DNA of 64,000 nt from Candidatus Enterousia sp. (GCA_045114635.1 JBGUKY010000017.1:4687-68686); one strand, 5' to 3'. Shown: positions 9,325 through 18,970, numbered from the stretch's first letter. Numbers and translations are program-made. The notes: generated by a model from the sequence alone, not told the origin.

Positions 9325-9490
9325 GGTTTCTCCTTTAATAAGTTTATTAAGACGGGCGTATTTTGAAAAAAAAGATTTATAAATGCAAGGATAAAATCAT
9401 AAAAATTCATTTTTCGCAAAAAATACAAATATTGACAATTGATGGGAAATTATGTAACCTGTGCCTGAACAAGTCATAGGTGAAGAAAAA

Positions 9491-11269
9491 ATGAAAAAAT
9501 TAACTGAAAATATGTTCATTAAAAATTACAGACGCATGTGGCCATATATCAAACCATTTTGGGTACGCGCGGTGTTGACAGTGTTGTTAGCAATTCCGGT
9601 TGGTATGTTGGATGCGGTAATCGCATGGGCGATAAAGCCATTTACAGACGGAATGATGACTGAAAACCCAATATTTCCAGCATGGTTATTGCCTATTGTG
9701 ATTGTAAGTTTCACAACTATCCAGGGGGCATTGACATATATTGTTGGCTATTTAAACTCTTGGGTTGGTGGCAAAATTACGAATTTATTAAAAGCAGATT
9801 TGTTCAAAAAATTATTAACATTTGAAACAGAGTTTTTTACATCTAAAAACTCTGGTGATATTTTGGTGAAATTCAGTGGTAACGCAGATACTGCATGTGC
9901 TGGATTATTAAGCAACGTAAAATCATTTGTTCAAAAGTTCTTTACATCAATTTCTTTAATATTCGTATTGTTTTATAATTCATGGCAGTTGGCATTGGTA
10001 TGCGTAACAATATTGTTATGCGCATTTTTGCCAATGATATCTTTGAAAAGACGCATTACACCAGTACTAAACGAGTCCATGAAAGTTGGCGCTTATCTGA
10101 CAACTAAATACACAGAAACATATGCTGGAAACAAAACGATTATTTCGTACAATCTTGAACAATATCAGAACCACAGATATTTAACTGTGTTGAATGAAAC
10201 ATTCGATTTGGGTATGAAATTATTCAAAAGAACACAATGGTTGACACCAGTAATACACATTGTATTGTCTTTTGGTATTGCATTGGCATTATGGTTTGGC
10301 TCTTATTTGATTTCACACGGGCAATTGACTACTGGTGGCTTTGTATCCTTTTTGACATCATTAATCTTGCTGTACACGCCAATAAAAGCGTTAAGTGGCG
10401 ATTATAATTCGATGATGCGTTCGTTCTGGGCGATTGAACAGGTATTTGATTTATTAGATTCAGAACCAACAATTAAAGATTCTCCAAATGCAATTGAAAT
10501 GCCAAAAACACACAAGCAGATCAAATTCAACGATGTATCATTTAATTATCTGCCAGATGTTCCAGTATTAAAAGACATCAATTTGACTGTTAACAAGGGC
10601 GAAACGATTGCGATAGTTGGTAATTCTGGTGGTGGAAAAACAACATTGGTTAATTTGTTGCCACGTTTCTATGACGTCACAGGTGGTTCTGTAACAGTTG
10701 ACGGCACAGACATTCGTGATTTCACACTATATTCATTGCGTCAAAATATCGCGGTTGTTTTCCAAGACAATTTCTTGTTTGAAGGCACAATTCGTGAAAA
10801 CATCATGTTGGGCAATGAAAACGCAAGCGAAGAAGAAGTCAAACGCGCAACAAAATTGGCATATCTTGATGAATTCTTAAAGACATTGAAAGATGGCCTT
10901 GATACCAAGATTGGCGAACGCGGTATAACATTATCTGGTGGTCAACGTCAACGCGTGGCGATTGCACGTGCATTTCTTAAGAACGCACCAATATTGGTAT
11001 TGGACGAAGCAACTTCTGCATTGGATAACAAATCCGAAGCGGTCGTTCAAAAAGCGATTGAAAACCTTATGCACGACAAGACAGTGTTTGTTATCGCGCA
11101 CAGATTATCAACAATTCGCAACGCGACCAAGATTATCGTTGTGAACGATGGACAAATTGTTGAATCTGGTTCACACGAAGAATTATTAAAGATGGAATGT
11201 GGCGCATACAAAACATTGTACGATATGCAATTCAAATCCAAAGAAGAAGAAGAAAATACTAAAAAATAA
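9491..11269 (+). CDS. ABC transporter, fused permease/ATPase (MsbA-like lipid exporter)
   Basis: Six-TM N-terminal domain. Walker A GNSGGGKTT, signature LSGGQRQR, Walker B ILVLDEATSALD. ATG at 9491 preferred (AGGTGA RBS). Confidence 0.88.
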   Translation: MKKLTENMFIKNYRRMWPYIKPFWVRAVLTVLLAIPVGMLDAVIAWAIKPFTDGMMTENPIFPAWLLPIVIVSFTTIQGALTYIVGYLNSWVGGKITNLLKADLFKKLLTFETEFFTSKNSGDILVKFSGNADTACAGLLSNVKSFVQKFFTSISLIFVLFYNSWQLALVCVTILLCAFLPMISLKRRITPVLNESMKVGAYLTTKYTETYAGNKTIISYNLEQYQNHRYLTVLNETFDLGMKLFKRTQWLTPVIHIVLSFGIALALWFGSYLISHGQLTTGGFVSFLTSLILLYTPIKALSGDYNSMMRSFWAIEQVFDLLDSEPTIKDSPNAIEMPKTHKQIKFNDVSFNYLPDVPVLKDINLTVNKGETIAIVGNSGGGKTTLVNLLPRFYDVTGGSVTVDGTDIRDFTLYSLRQNIAVVFQDNFLFEGTIRENIMLGNENASEEEVKRATKLAYLDEFLKTLKDGLDTKIGERGITLSGGQRQRVAIARAFLKNAPILVLDEATSALDNKSEAVVQKAIENLMHDKTVFVIAHRLSTIRNATKIIVVNDGQIVESGSHEELLKMECGAYKTLYDMQFKSKEEEENTKK

Positions 11270-11312
11270 AGCGTTTTGTCATCCTGAGCGAAGTGAAACG
11301 TAGCATAAAGAT

Positions 11313-11340
11313 ACAAAAAAAACGCCGTGGTGGCGTTTTG
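11313..11340. terminator. Bidirectional terminator
   Basis: AACGCC-GTGGT-GGCGTT flanked by an A-run and a T-run. Confidence 0.55.
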
Positions 11341-11790
11341 TTATTCAATCCAAATTGGAACACGACCATTTGGTATTGTCCCTGTAGGTTCACTGGTTGG
11401 TATTGTGACTTCGGCTTTTGCAACGGTGACTGTTCCATTACTTGCAGTAACACCATTTACAATCGCACCAGTTCCGGACGTTTGTACATTGGCATTGTTT
11501 CCAGAAGAGTTTAATTTATTTTGTTTTTGGTCTGCGACCATATTGACCGCTTTGATAGTTGCGTTATACGCGCCCTTTACATAACCAGCAGATGCCGCAT
11601 TACCATCGGTAGCAACGTGTCCATTAACCAATGAATATCCAGGAACATTTGCCGCCTTGTTTGAATCAGTGATTGCTGTGGTTGCACCAGGATCACCAGG
11701 CACAGGTGTTGGATCTGGATCTGGTTCTGGCGCCGCAAAAGCCGGCGACAGAAGAGTTAAAACTGATAAAATACAAAATAGTTTTCTCAT
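11341..11790 (-). CDS. Secreted protein, AGYVKGAYN paralog family
   Basis: Signal peptide MRKLFCILSVLTLLSPAFA. Shared block NAASAGYVKGAYNATIKAVN. Confidence 0.6.
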   Translation of the reverse strand: MRKLFCILSVLTLLSPAFAAPEPDPDPTPVPGDPGATTAITDSNKAANVPGYSLVNGHVATDGNAASAGYVKGAYNATIKAVNMVADQKQNKLNSSGNNANVQTSGTGAIVNGVTASNGTVTVAKAEVTIPTSEPTGTIPNGRVPIWIE

Positions 11791-11870
11791 GAATTAAACA
11801 AATTATTTTTTATTGCATCAATTTATACTCTAATGATTGCGCATTATGCGCAATCATTAGATTTGGTTTA

Positions 11871-12905
11871 TTAGCCACCAATACTTTGACCAATATCATC
11901 TGGTGCAGGAGCATTAGCCGTAGCATAACTTACAGAATTCGCATCTATAGTAGGAGCAGCAACAGAAACATTTGTTGCAAGAGTTCCTTGACCTGTAACA
12001 ACTGTATAGTCTGTCTTTGTTGCATCATCTGCCCAATTTGTCATAATACTAATTGTTCCAGAAGCAAGAGAACCTGTTAAACCTTGTGTAACAGCACCTT
12101 GTGTAAGGGTCACTGCTTTGATTGTGTTATCAACACCAACTTTTGTTGCATAAGTATTACCTAGGCCAGTAACAGCATCATCAACGTAACCTTTGGTTGT
12201 TAACTTATCGTTATTGGCAGTACCTGTTGCCATACTTCCAGTTGCAACTTGCGTCGTTGTGATTGTATTATCAGCGATTTGTGCTGCTGTAACAGCTTTA
12301 TCACCAATCTTTGCTGTTGTTACAGCTTTATCACCAATCTTTGCTGTTGTTACAGCACCATCTTTCAATTGTGTTGTATCAACACCACCATCTTTGATTT
12401 GAACACCATTGGCACCAATCGCAATTGTGCTGTTATCTACATTAACATTAAGGGTTGCACTATCACCACTTCCATCCAATTTCAAACCTTGGCTACCAGC
12501 TGTTGTTGTATAATCAACGCTGATTTTTCCAGTGTTATCCTTGCTGATAGCGGCACCAGCAGATGTTGCTGCCCCTGCTGCTGTATCATATATTTCATTG
12601 ATAGCGCCAACCAAGTTTTCTTTTTGAGTGGTCTTTAAGGTTGATAAATTACCATCTCTTGATATAGAGTTAGCATTAACTTTGTTGACTGCCTTGATCG
12701 CAGCATTATATGCACCCTTTACGTATCCAGCAGATGCTGCATTACCGTCGTTATCATGTGCATCTATCAATGCAAATCCAGGTTCTGCGTCTGCCGATGT
12801 AGCTGGAGTAGCGTTTGTCGGCTCACCAGCAACTGGCGTAGCGTTTGCCATCAATGGCGTTACTGCCAAGACAGCAACCAATGATATTCCAAGTATTTTT
12901 TTCAT
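11871..12905 (-). CDS. Secreted fibre-like repeat protein, AGYVKGAYN paralog family
   Basis: Signal peptide ..PLMANA. NAASAGYVKGAYNAAIKAVNKV block. Tandem GDKAVTTAKI repeats. TKGYVDDAV tail-fibre-like motif. Confidence 0.65.
   Translation of the reverse strand: MKKILGISLVAVLAVTPLMANATPVAGEPTNATPATSADAEPGFALIDAHDNDGNAASAGYVKGAYNAAIKAVNKVNANSISRDGNLSTLKTTQKENLVGAINEIYDTAAGAATSAGAAISKDNTGKISVDYTTTAGSQGLKLDGSGDSATLNVNVDNSTIAIGANGVQIKDGGVDTTQLKDGAVTTAKIGDKAVTTAKIGDKAVTAAQIADNTITTTQVATGSMATGTANNDKLTTKGYVDDAVTGLGNTYATKVGVDNTIKAVTLTQGAVTQGLTGSLASGTISIMTNWADDATKTDYTVVTGQGTLATNVSVAAPTIDANSVSYATANAPAPDDIGQSIGG
12282..12371. repeat. 30-bp in-frame tandem repeat (2 full copies plus 1 diverged) inside the fibre-like gene
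   Basis: TGCTG(C/T)TGT(A/T)ACAGCTTTATCACCAATCTT at 12282 and 12312, with a diverged copy at 12342. Encodes the (I)GDKAVTTAK units. Confidence 0.85.
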
Positions 12906-13044
12906 TTGTTTTCTCCTTTTTGGTTTTATTTTGTTTTTAATAAAATAAAAAGTATTTTTTTATATCGAAATATTTTTTATTTTATCATGGACGAATGGTT
13001 GTTTCCTTTCGTACAACCACCCGTCCAGAATTGTTTGTTTAATC

Positions 13045-13530
13045 TTATATACCTGAGTTATATCCAGATACTTTTGGAGCAATCGTTGCCTGTGTTCCAG
13101 TGAATGTAAATGAATTGCTAGGTATAGTTATAGTACCAGGTGTATCTGAATCCCATGTATCCATCGCCGCTATTGTAACATCAGAAATAGTACCAGCAGG
13201 TGTATAAGATGCAGATGAATTATTAATAGTAGCAACAACACCTGTTTGTGTTGCGACACCTGTTAAATCAATCGCATCAACCTGGGCAGCAACTTTGTTG
13301 ACCGCTTTGATTGCGGCATTATACGCACCCTTTACATAGCCAGCAGTTGCAACCTTGCCATCATTTGTAGGATCAGCCTGCTTCAATGCATAACCCGGGG
13401 CATTCGCTGCCTTTGGAGCAGTTTCCAAAGAAACTGTCGCACCAGGATCACCAGGTACAGGATCAGCATTCGCCATCAATGGCATAGCCGCAAGGACCGC
13501 AACCAATGATATTTTAAGTACTTTATTCAT
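13045..13530 (-). CDS. Secreted protein, AGYVKGAYN paralog family
   Basis: Signal peptide ..MPLMANA. VATAGYVKGAYNAAIKAVNKV block shared with 11341-12905. Confidence 0.6.
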   Translation of the reverse strand: MNKVLKISLVAVLAAMPLMANADPVPGDPGATVSLETAPKAANAPGYALKQADPTNDGKVATAGYVKGAYNAAIKAVNKVAAQVDAIDLTGVATQTGVVATINNSSASYTPAGTISDVTIAAMDTWDSDTPGTITIPSNSFTFTGTQATIAPKVSGYNSGI

Positions 13531-13594
13531 TCTCTTTCTCCCTTTCTTTTTTGTTATTATATCACAAATTCAACCTCTTTCCAAACGGTTTTTT

Positions 13595-13936
13595 TTACCA
13601 TTCAGAATAATCTACCGTATCAGCCGTACTCCAGTCACCCTGGACACCCAATTCAGACCAACCTTCGGATGTATAAACATACACCGCACCTTCGGATGCT
13701 TCACGGTCAAATGTTAAAAACTTATCGTCAGATTCTTTCTTTGTATAAACAGCATTTCTATCTGCTTTTTTATCATAAACATAACGCAAACCATCATCGA
13801 CATATTCTTTGGTAGTTAATACTTCACTTCTATCTGTTTCATCCGGGGTCGAAGAACTAGCAGCACCTTCGGCAAAAGCCGCACCAGATGCAATCAGAAC
13901 TGATAACAATAAAACACCAAATGATATTTTTTTCAT
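13595..13936 (-). CDS. Small secreted protein with tail-fibre-like YTKxExD motif
   Basis: Signal peptide ..ASGAAFA. LTTKEYVDDGL and AVYTKKESDDKF motifs. Confidence 0.5.
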   Translation of the reverse strand: MKKISFGVLLLSVLIASGAAFAEGAASSSTPDETDRSEVLTTKEYVDDGLRYVYDKKADRNAVYTKKESDDKFLTFDREASEGAVYVYTSEGWSELGVQGDWSTADTVDYSEW

Positions 13937-13960
13937 TTGTCTGTCCTTGCCCCTTTTAAC

Positions 13961-14704
13961 CTAGTCCTCAAAAATACCAGGATCAAACGTATCCACAACT
14001 GTTACCCATGCACGATCACCTGTTTGATAATCGTATATTGTCTTTACGTCTGTACCCATATGGTTGTTTATTAATGTTTGAACTTCCTGTTGGTTATAAT
14101 AATTATTAGTTAATACATTATTAACCTCTGACATTGTAACCTTGGAATCAATATTGTTTTCTATCTGTTCAATCCGATTCGGAAGTTGTGTGTAATAATT
14201 ATTCAAATTGATTTCATTGTTTTCGAAAGTCAAACCTGGTCCAACAGATATATTATCTTGCTTGTCATCCATGCCATCTTCCAAATCTTGAACACGATCC
14301 ATCAAATCTGTTAAGTCAACATCCGATGTGTCAGGCTTTACTGGCGCCGCATTAGGTTTTGTTATGCTGTTGGCAGCGTTCGAAGTTGGCGAATGTAAAT
14401 ATTTATTCAAACTTGCATTGCTTAAACTTATACGGGATCCTTCCCCAGATGAAGATGTTAATGTACCCTTGTTTGTTGTCACAGGTACACCACCAGATAG
14501 ATTCTTGGCACGAATACTTCCCAATCTTTGTTGTGATTGTGATGACGCACCAGATGTTTCAGATTTTACCACCGCAGCATTTGTTCCAACACGTGCTGTA
14601 TTTGTTCCCAACATTCTTACGCTTGGCGCAGAAAAAGCGGAACCCATGCCAAACAGGCACAGCACAAACACACTTGAAAAAAGACGCATATTTGTTTGTT
14701 TCAT
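13961..14704 (-). CDS. Secreted protein, paralog of DGR-locus gene 23439-24005
   Basis: Signal peptide then APSVRMLGTNTA, compared with VPSVKKLGNNNL in 23439-24005. Ser/Asn-rich linker. Coiled-coil-like C-terminal half. Confidence 0.55.
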   Translation of the reverse strand: MKQTNMRLFSSVFVLCLFGMGSAFSAPSVRMLGTNTARVGTNAAVVKSETSGASSQSQQRLGSIRAKNLSGGVPVTTNKGTLTSSSGEGSRISLSNASLNKYLHSPTSNAANSITKPNAAPVKPDTSDVDLTDLMDRVQDLEDGMDDKQDNISVGPGLTFENNEINLNNYYTQLPNRIEQIENNIDSKVTMSEVNNVLTNNYYNQQEVQTLINNHMGTDVKTIYDYQTGDRAWVTVVDTFDPGIFED

Positions 14705-14852
14705 GTCTTAAGCTTTTACAATAGTATATCACAAAAATGACATAAAACCAAATACGATTTTTAATTTTTTTATACCAGATTATGTAAAGCACAAAAACAA
14801 TTTGACTTTTGAAACGGCAAAATATAAACTATGCTTGCTGAAAAGCAGTTCA

Positions 14853-14942
14853 GGATGGTTGGCAGAGCGGTCGAATGCGGCGGTCTTGAAAACCGTTGAC
14901 GGGGCAACTCGTCCGGGGGTTCGAATCCCTCACCATCCGCCA
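14853..14942 (+). tRNA. tRNA-Ser(UGA), long variable arm, encoded CCA
   Basis: Acceptor GGATGGT/ACCATCC, anticodon loop CTTGAAA, T-arm GGTTCGAATCC. Confidence 0.9.
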
Positions 14943-14943
14943 G
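14924..14943 (+). repeat. attL core (3' end of tRNA-Ser)
   Basis: Identical to 32548-32567. Confidence 0.8.
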
Positions 14944-14950
14944 GAATATT

Positions 14951-14986
14951 GAACATCCCGGGTCAATCCCCCGGGATGTTCTTTTT
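14951..14986 (+). terminator. Terminator supplied by the island for tRNA-Ser
   Basis: GAACATCCCGG / CCGGGATGTTC 11-bp stem followed by TTTTT. Confidence 0.6.
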
Positions 14987-15175
14987 CGCCCCGTCTCCGG
15001 CGGTTTTTACAGACGACATTACCAGTGTATATCGCCATCCGTACTCAATACGCCCAAGTTCACCGTAATTATATACCTTGACCAATTTCCCGATGCCGGT
15101 TTTTTGCTTGTTAACCTTGAAAATCGGCCAAAAAATCCTATATAAGTACCAAGATTTAAAAAATAGGAGAAAAAA

Positions 15176-16621
15176 TTGGATAATTTGATTAAACCCAAAG
15201 TATTTATTTCTTATAGTTGGTCTAACAAAGAATATGAAAAAAGAATTATGGGAATAGTTGATGCATTAAGAGATGCCGGCATAGATACGGTTTTTGACAA
15301 ATATAATTTAAAAGAAGGCGCAGACCTGAATGTGTTTATGGAAAAAATTGTTAATGATGCTAGTATAACCAAGGTATTAATTTTTTGCGACAAACAGTAC
15401 ACAGAAAAAGCAGATAACAGAAAAGGCGGTGCTGGAACCGAGACATTGATTATATCTCCAAAAGTTTATAATGATACCGATCCGGCCGGAGAAAATAAAA
15501 AATTCATCCCTATAGTCATGGAAAAAGACACAGAAACCGGAGAACCGTATATCCCTATTTATATGACCAGTCGCAAATATTTTGATTTTACAAAACCAAA
15601 TTTTCCTGACGAATTTGAAAAACTTGTAAGGTTTCTATATGGACAATCTGAATATAGAGAGCCGGCTTTGGGACAAGTTCCGTCATATGTCACGGATTTT
15701 AAAAGACCTTATTTTGGCACCACTACAAGAAAAGAGCTTGCAATAAATGCCTTAAAAGAAGAGAAACTATCGGTTTTAAGGTATTGTGAAGATTTCTTTT
15801 CTAAAGTGTATGAGACATTGGATGGTTTTATTATTGATACAGACAAAGAAAAAGTTGATGAGGTAGACGAAGTTGTTTGGAATCATGTTAATGATTTATT
15901 GCCGTTAAGCAGAGATTGTATAGATGTTTTGGAAACAATGATTACTTGCAACAAAAACGAATCTACTGTTAATTGTATCCATAATTTTTTAGAAAAATTA
16001 TTAACATATCGAGAAAAAGCAAAAGGAAACAGACGAATAGATTACCAATCTGATCATTTTCATTTCTTTGTTTATTATTTGTACATGAATTTAGTTAAAT
16101 TTTTAATAACGAAAAATAATTTTGAATTATTAAAACATTTTTTACATAATTATTATATTCGTAATAAATATGTCAATTCAAAATTACAGAATTTCTCCAC
16201 TTTCTATCCGAACACAAGAGCATTTGAAGTACGTAAATCAAAATTACAACTCAATAGACGATCTTTATTGGCAGATCTTTTAAAACAAGGTTGTAAAGAT
16301 GATGAAATAGAAATGGATAATATAATGCAGGCAGACTTATTATTAAAAATGTATGCTTGTAAGGAAGAAAAAAACGAAAGAATTTTTTGGTATCCTGTGT
16401 CTTTGGTATATGCAGAAATGCGAGAACAACCTTTCGAATTGTTTGTTCGTGCAGAGTCAAAAGAATTCTTTAATAACACATTGGGTGTATTAGGATTTAA
16501 TCGGGAAAATTTGGAAAATATCAAAAAACAGCTTTCTGAATTAAGTAGATATAGTTATCATCTTGGTTGGATAGAACCATTACAATTATCCAATATTGAT
16601 AATCTTGCAACAAAAGATTAG
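15176..16621 (+). CDS. TIR/SEFIR-like domain protein with ~340-aa uncharacterised helical C-terminal domain
   Basis: KVFISYSWSNKEYEKRI..VLIFCDKQYTEKADNRKGGAGTE is a bacterial TIR-like layout. TTG start with an AGGAG RBS 7 nt upstream. Confidence 0.75.
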   Translation: MDNLIKPKVFISYSWSNKEYEKRIMGIVDALRDAGIDTVFDKYNLKEGADLNVFMEKIVNDASITKVLIFCDKQYTEKADNRKGGAGTETLIISPKVYNDTDPAGENKKFIPIVMEKDTETGEPYIPIYMTSRKYFDFTKPNFPDEFEKLVRFLYGQSEYREPALGQVPSYVTDFKRPYFGTTTRKELAINALKEEKLSVLRYCEDFFSKVYETLDGFIIDTDKEKVDEVDEVVWNHVNDLLPLSRDCIDVLETMITCNKNESTVNCIHNFLEKLLTYREKAKGNRRIDYQSDHFHFFVYYLYMNLVKFLITKNNFELLKHFLHNYYIRNKYVNSKLQNFSTFYPNTRAFEVRKSKLQLNRRSLLADLLKQGCKDDEIEMDNIMQADLLLKMYACKEEKNERIFWYPVSLVYAEMREQPFELFVRAESKEFFNNTLGVLGFNRENLENIKKQLSELSRYSYHLGWIEPLQLSNIDNLATKD

Positions 16622-16633
16622 AAGCATTATTCA

Positions 16634-18223
16634 TTATATTGATGCTTCTTTCGCAATCTGAAACAAATCATTAACGTTGGTTTTTAATTTCCCAGACAAG
16701 ATTTGATTTATCTTGTCTGGGTTCATATACGCAATATTCAGATAACGATAAAACTGGCGAGATGAAGTGTGATTATTACGTATAACGTTATCTACATTGC
16801 CGTCTTGTTCATATAATTCACGATACTTCCATGCGGTGGCAAAAGCTTTTAGAATCAGATGGTTGTTGTCGGTGACATTTAGAACGCCATTTTTACCACG
16901 GTCGTATGTTGGGTTCACGTATTTTCGCAGAAACACTTTTTCAGTAATTGTTATGCTGTTGTCGCCAATTATATACTCCATTGGTTCTGTGTTTTGATTC
17001 ACATAATTTTCTGTTATAAAAGGTTGTAATTTGGCCGTATCGGTCGTAATTGTATAAATCAGATGCTCTTGAGAATATACAACTTTCTCAATCAGCGCTT
17101 GAATCAAATCGCGCTTTTGCGTATACGTCATATTTGCTATATCTATGCGTTTCAATATAGTGGCCAAATTGATGGGCAGATTAGACATATCACTATCCAG
17201 AAAATCCGTTATAGTTTTTATCGCTATTTCATCCACGCGTGTCGCGGTTAGATAGAACCCCTTAGTCGCGTAATAATACGCGGTCTTTTTGCCTTTACCA
17301 CTGGTGCGTTGGTTTATAAATTTCACACCATTGTGATTAAATAATTTGCCAGTCAATATATTTGGTGCTCGTGTACTCGGCGATTTGTTGTTGGAATTAT
17401 TAGCCAGCGCAATTTGGACACGATTAAATAGTTCTGTAGAAATAATCGGTTCGTGTTCACCTTTTGCGAAAGTGCCTTCTTTTTTATTTTCAATTTGACC
17501 GATGTAAACTTTATCCCGCAGAATGCGATGCATACTCATTTTAGCAATAGGATTGCCACCACGTATTTTTCGTTTATTGGTTTCCCACCGTTTGCCATAT
17601 ATACCATTTTGCCGTGCGTATTCAGTTAAATCATTCACAGATTGCAGTTCTAGATATTTTTCAAACAAATGTCGTACTTGTTCTGCTTCGGTTGGGTTTA
17701 CTACCAATTTTTTGTTTATCAGGTCGTAACCCAGCCGTGGCGCACCACCCATCCATAACCCCTTAGCCTTTGATGCGCGGATTTTATCACGCACACGTTC
17801 ACTTGATACTTCACGTTCGAACTGTGCGAATGATAACAGCATATTAAGTGTTAGTTTACCCATAGATGTACTGGTATCAAATGACTGGGTAATAGACACG
17901 AAATTGGCACCATATTTTTCAAAATATTTCATCATATTGTGGAAATCCAAGATTGAACGCGATAATCGATCAACCTTATACACTACCACTGTATTTACTA
18001 ACCCATGTGCCATATCATCCAACATTTGTTTTAATGCAGGCCGTTCCATAGTCCCGCCAGAAATCGCCGCATCACTGTAAGTCTTGTAATATTGCCAACC
18101 ATTAAACGATTGTGATGCTATATATGCCTTGCACGATTCTTCCTGGTTCTGCAAGGAATTAAACTCCTGTTCCAATCCGTGTTCAGTTGATTTGCGTGTA
18201 TAAATAGCGCATTTAATTGTCAT
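16634..18223 (-). CDS. Large serine recombinase
   Basis: CAIYTRKSTE..SLQNQ catalytic-Ser N-terminal resolvase domain, VYKVDRLSRS, and a long recombinase/zinc-beta-ribbon-type C-terminal extension (529 aa). Confidence 0.9.
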   Translation of the reverse strand: MTIKCAIYTRKSTEHGLEQEFNSLQNQEESCKAYIASQSFNGWQYYKTYSDAAISGGTMERPALKQMLDDMAHGLVNTVVVYKVDRLSRSILDFHNMMKYFEKYGANFVSITQSFDTSTSMGKLTLNMLLSFAQFEREVSSERVRDKIRASKAKGLWMGGAPRLGYDLINKKLVVNPTEAEQVRHLFEKYLELQSVNDLTEYARQNGIYGKRWETNKRKIRGGNPIAKMSMHRILRDKVYIGQIENKKEGTFAKGEHEPIISTELFNRVQIALANNSNNKSPSTRAPNILTGKLFNHNGVKFINQRTSGKGKKTAYYYATKGFYLTATRVDEIAIKTITDFLDSDMSNLPINLATILKRIDIANMTYTQKRDLIQALIEKVVYSQEHLIYTITTDTAKLQPFITENYVNQNTEPMEYIIGDNSITITEKVFLRKYVNPTYDRGKNGVLNVTDNNHLILKAFATAWKYRELYEQDGNVDNVIRNNHTSSRQFYRYLNIAYMNPDKINQILSGKLKTNVNDLFQIAKEASI

Positions 18224-18341
18224 GTTTTATCCTTTTTATTTTGTGTCATTAGTGCTTACAAAGTACCGGAAGTCAAGTTATTACGGTTGATAATTATCAG
18301 TTTTTAAGTTATAATAAATAACATCTAAAAAAGGATGCTTT

Positions 18342-18542
18342 ATGAAACTTTTTCTAATATTTATAACAAGAGTTTTTCTGACACTTGTTGCCTTTGGTGC
18401 TGCTGTGTTGGCTTTAATGATGTTTTCAGAAGATTTGTCTTATTTTCCTACTTGGATGACAATAATAGTATGTGCTTTAATTGTTGTATTTGTAGGCTGG
18501 CCACAAATTAAATGGTGGAAAAAATTTTTGAAAGAAGACTAA
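18342..18542 (+). CDS. Small two-TM membrane protein
   Basis: ORF with an AAGGA RBS and two hydrophobic segments. No homolog recognised. Confidence 0.35.
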   Translation: MKLFLIFITRVFLTLVAFGAAVLALMMFSEDLSYFPTWMTIIVCALIVVFVGWPQIKWWKKFLKED

Positions 18543-18970
18543 TCTGTTTTTTTGTTCACTCCAAAGAAAAAGTTGCCAGACATTTTCATGCCTGCAATCT
18601 TGGTTGCTACCGCCGACAATGTGGAATATTTATCGCCGTTATAAGAAAAACTGCCATCGTCGTTGACTAAGATGGTGTATTTTATCCCTTTGAAATATCT
18701 TGTTAAAATTGTGCCAGGAACGAAATTATACTTATTTGGACATGCATGGTCTAAACATTTTTCTGGATTATCCTTGTATTTTCGAATTTTTACCAAATAT
18801 TTATGTTCAATTCGAAGATTTAACCTATCGCATTGAATATAATACCAAAGTGACCGTATTTGCCGCTTGAATGGATATTGTGAATATTTGGCCCACAATC
18901 GCGCCCGTTCATCAAAGGACAAGGCTTTTAACTCGTTCAGCGTCTTTGGTAGGTTATCTTTATATGACAT
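18539..18970 (-). CDS. DUF2924-like protein (usual partner of phage large serine recombinases)
   Basis: Start moved to MSYKDNL (AAGGGG RBS). C-terminal FSYNGDKYSTLSAVATKIAGMKMSGNFFFG matches the DUF2924 pattern F.Y.G..Y.SLSA.A..ITG..W.G..FFG. Confidence 0.65.
   Translation of the reverse strand: MSYKDNLPKTLNELKALSFDERARLWAKYSQYPFKRQIRSLWYYIQCDRLNLRIEHKYLVKIRKYKDNPEKCLDHACPNKYNFVPGTILTRYFKGIKYTILVNDDGSFSYNGDKYSTLSAVATKIAGMKMSGNFFFGVNKKTD

Noticed and set aside
6617-9366. Numerous 60-170-aa ORFs on the plus strand within ppdK
   Set aside because: All are antisense to an unambiguous 886-aa PPDK gene.
11270-11312. GTCATCCTGAGCGAAGTGAAACGTAGC, similar to GTAGCGAAGCGAAGTGAAGGG at 640-660, as a dispersed repeat
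   Set aside because: The similarity is short and imperfect and was seen only twice in the window. That is insufficient to call a repeat family without a genome-wide search.
12282-12371. Tandem 30-bp repeats considered as a CRISPR-like array
   Set aside because: There are no spacers. The repeats are contiguous, in frame and inside a coding region. No cas genes occur in the window.
12193-12638. Plus-strand Cys/Ile-rich ORFs inside 11871-12905
   Set aside because: They are antisense to the signal-peptide-bearing fibre-like gene. Their repetitive Cys-rich translation is just the reverse frame of the tandem repeat.
14802-15068. ORFs on both strands overlapping tRNA-Ser
   Set aside because: They cover a well-formed tRNA and its terminator, and there are no coding signals.
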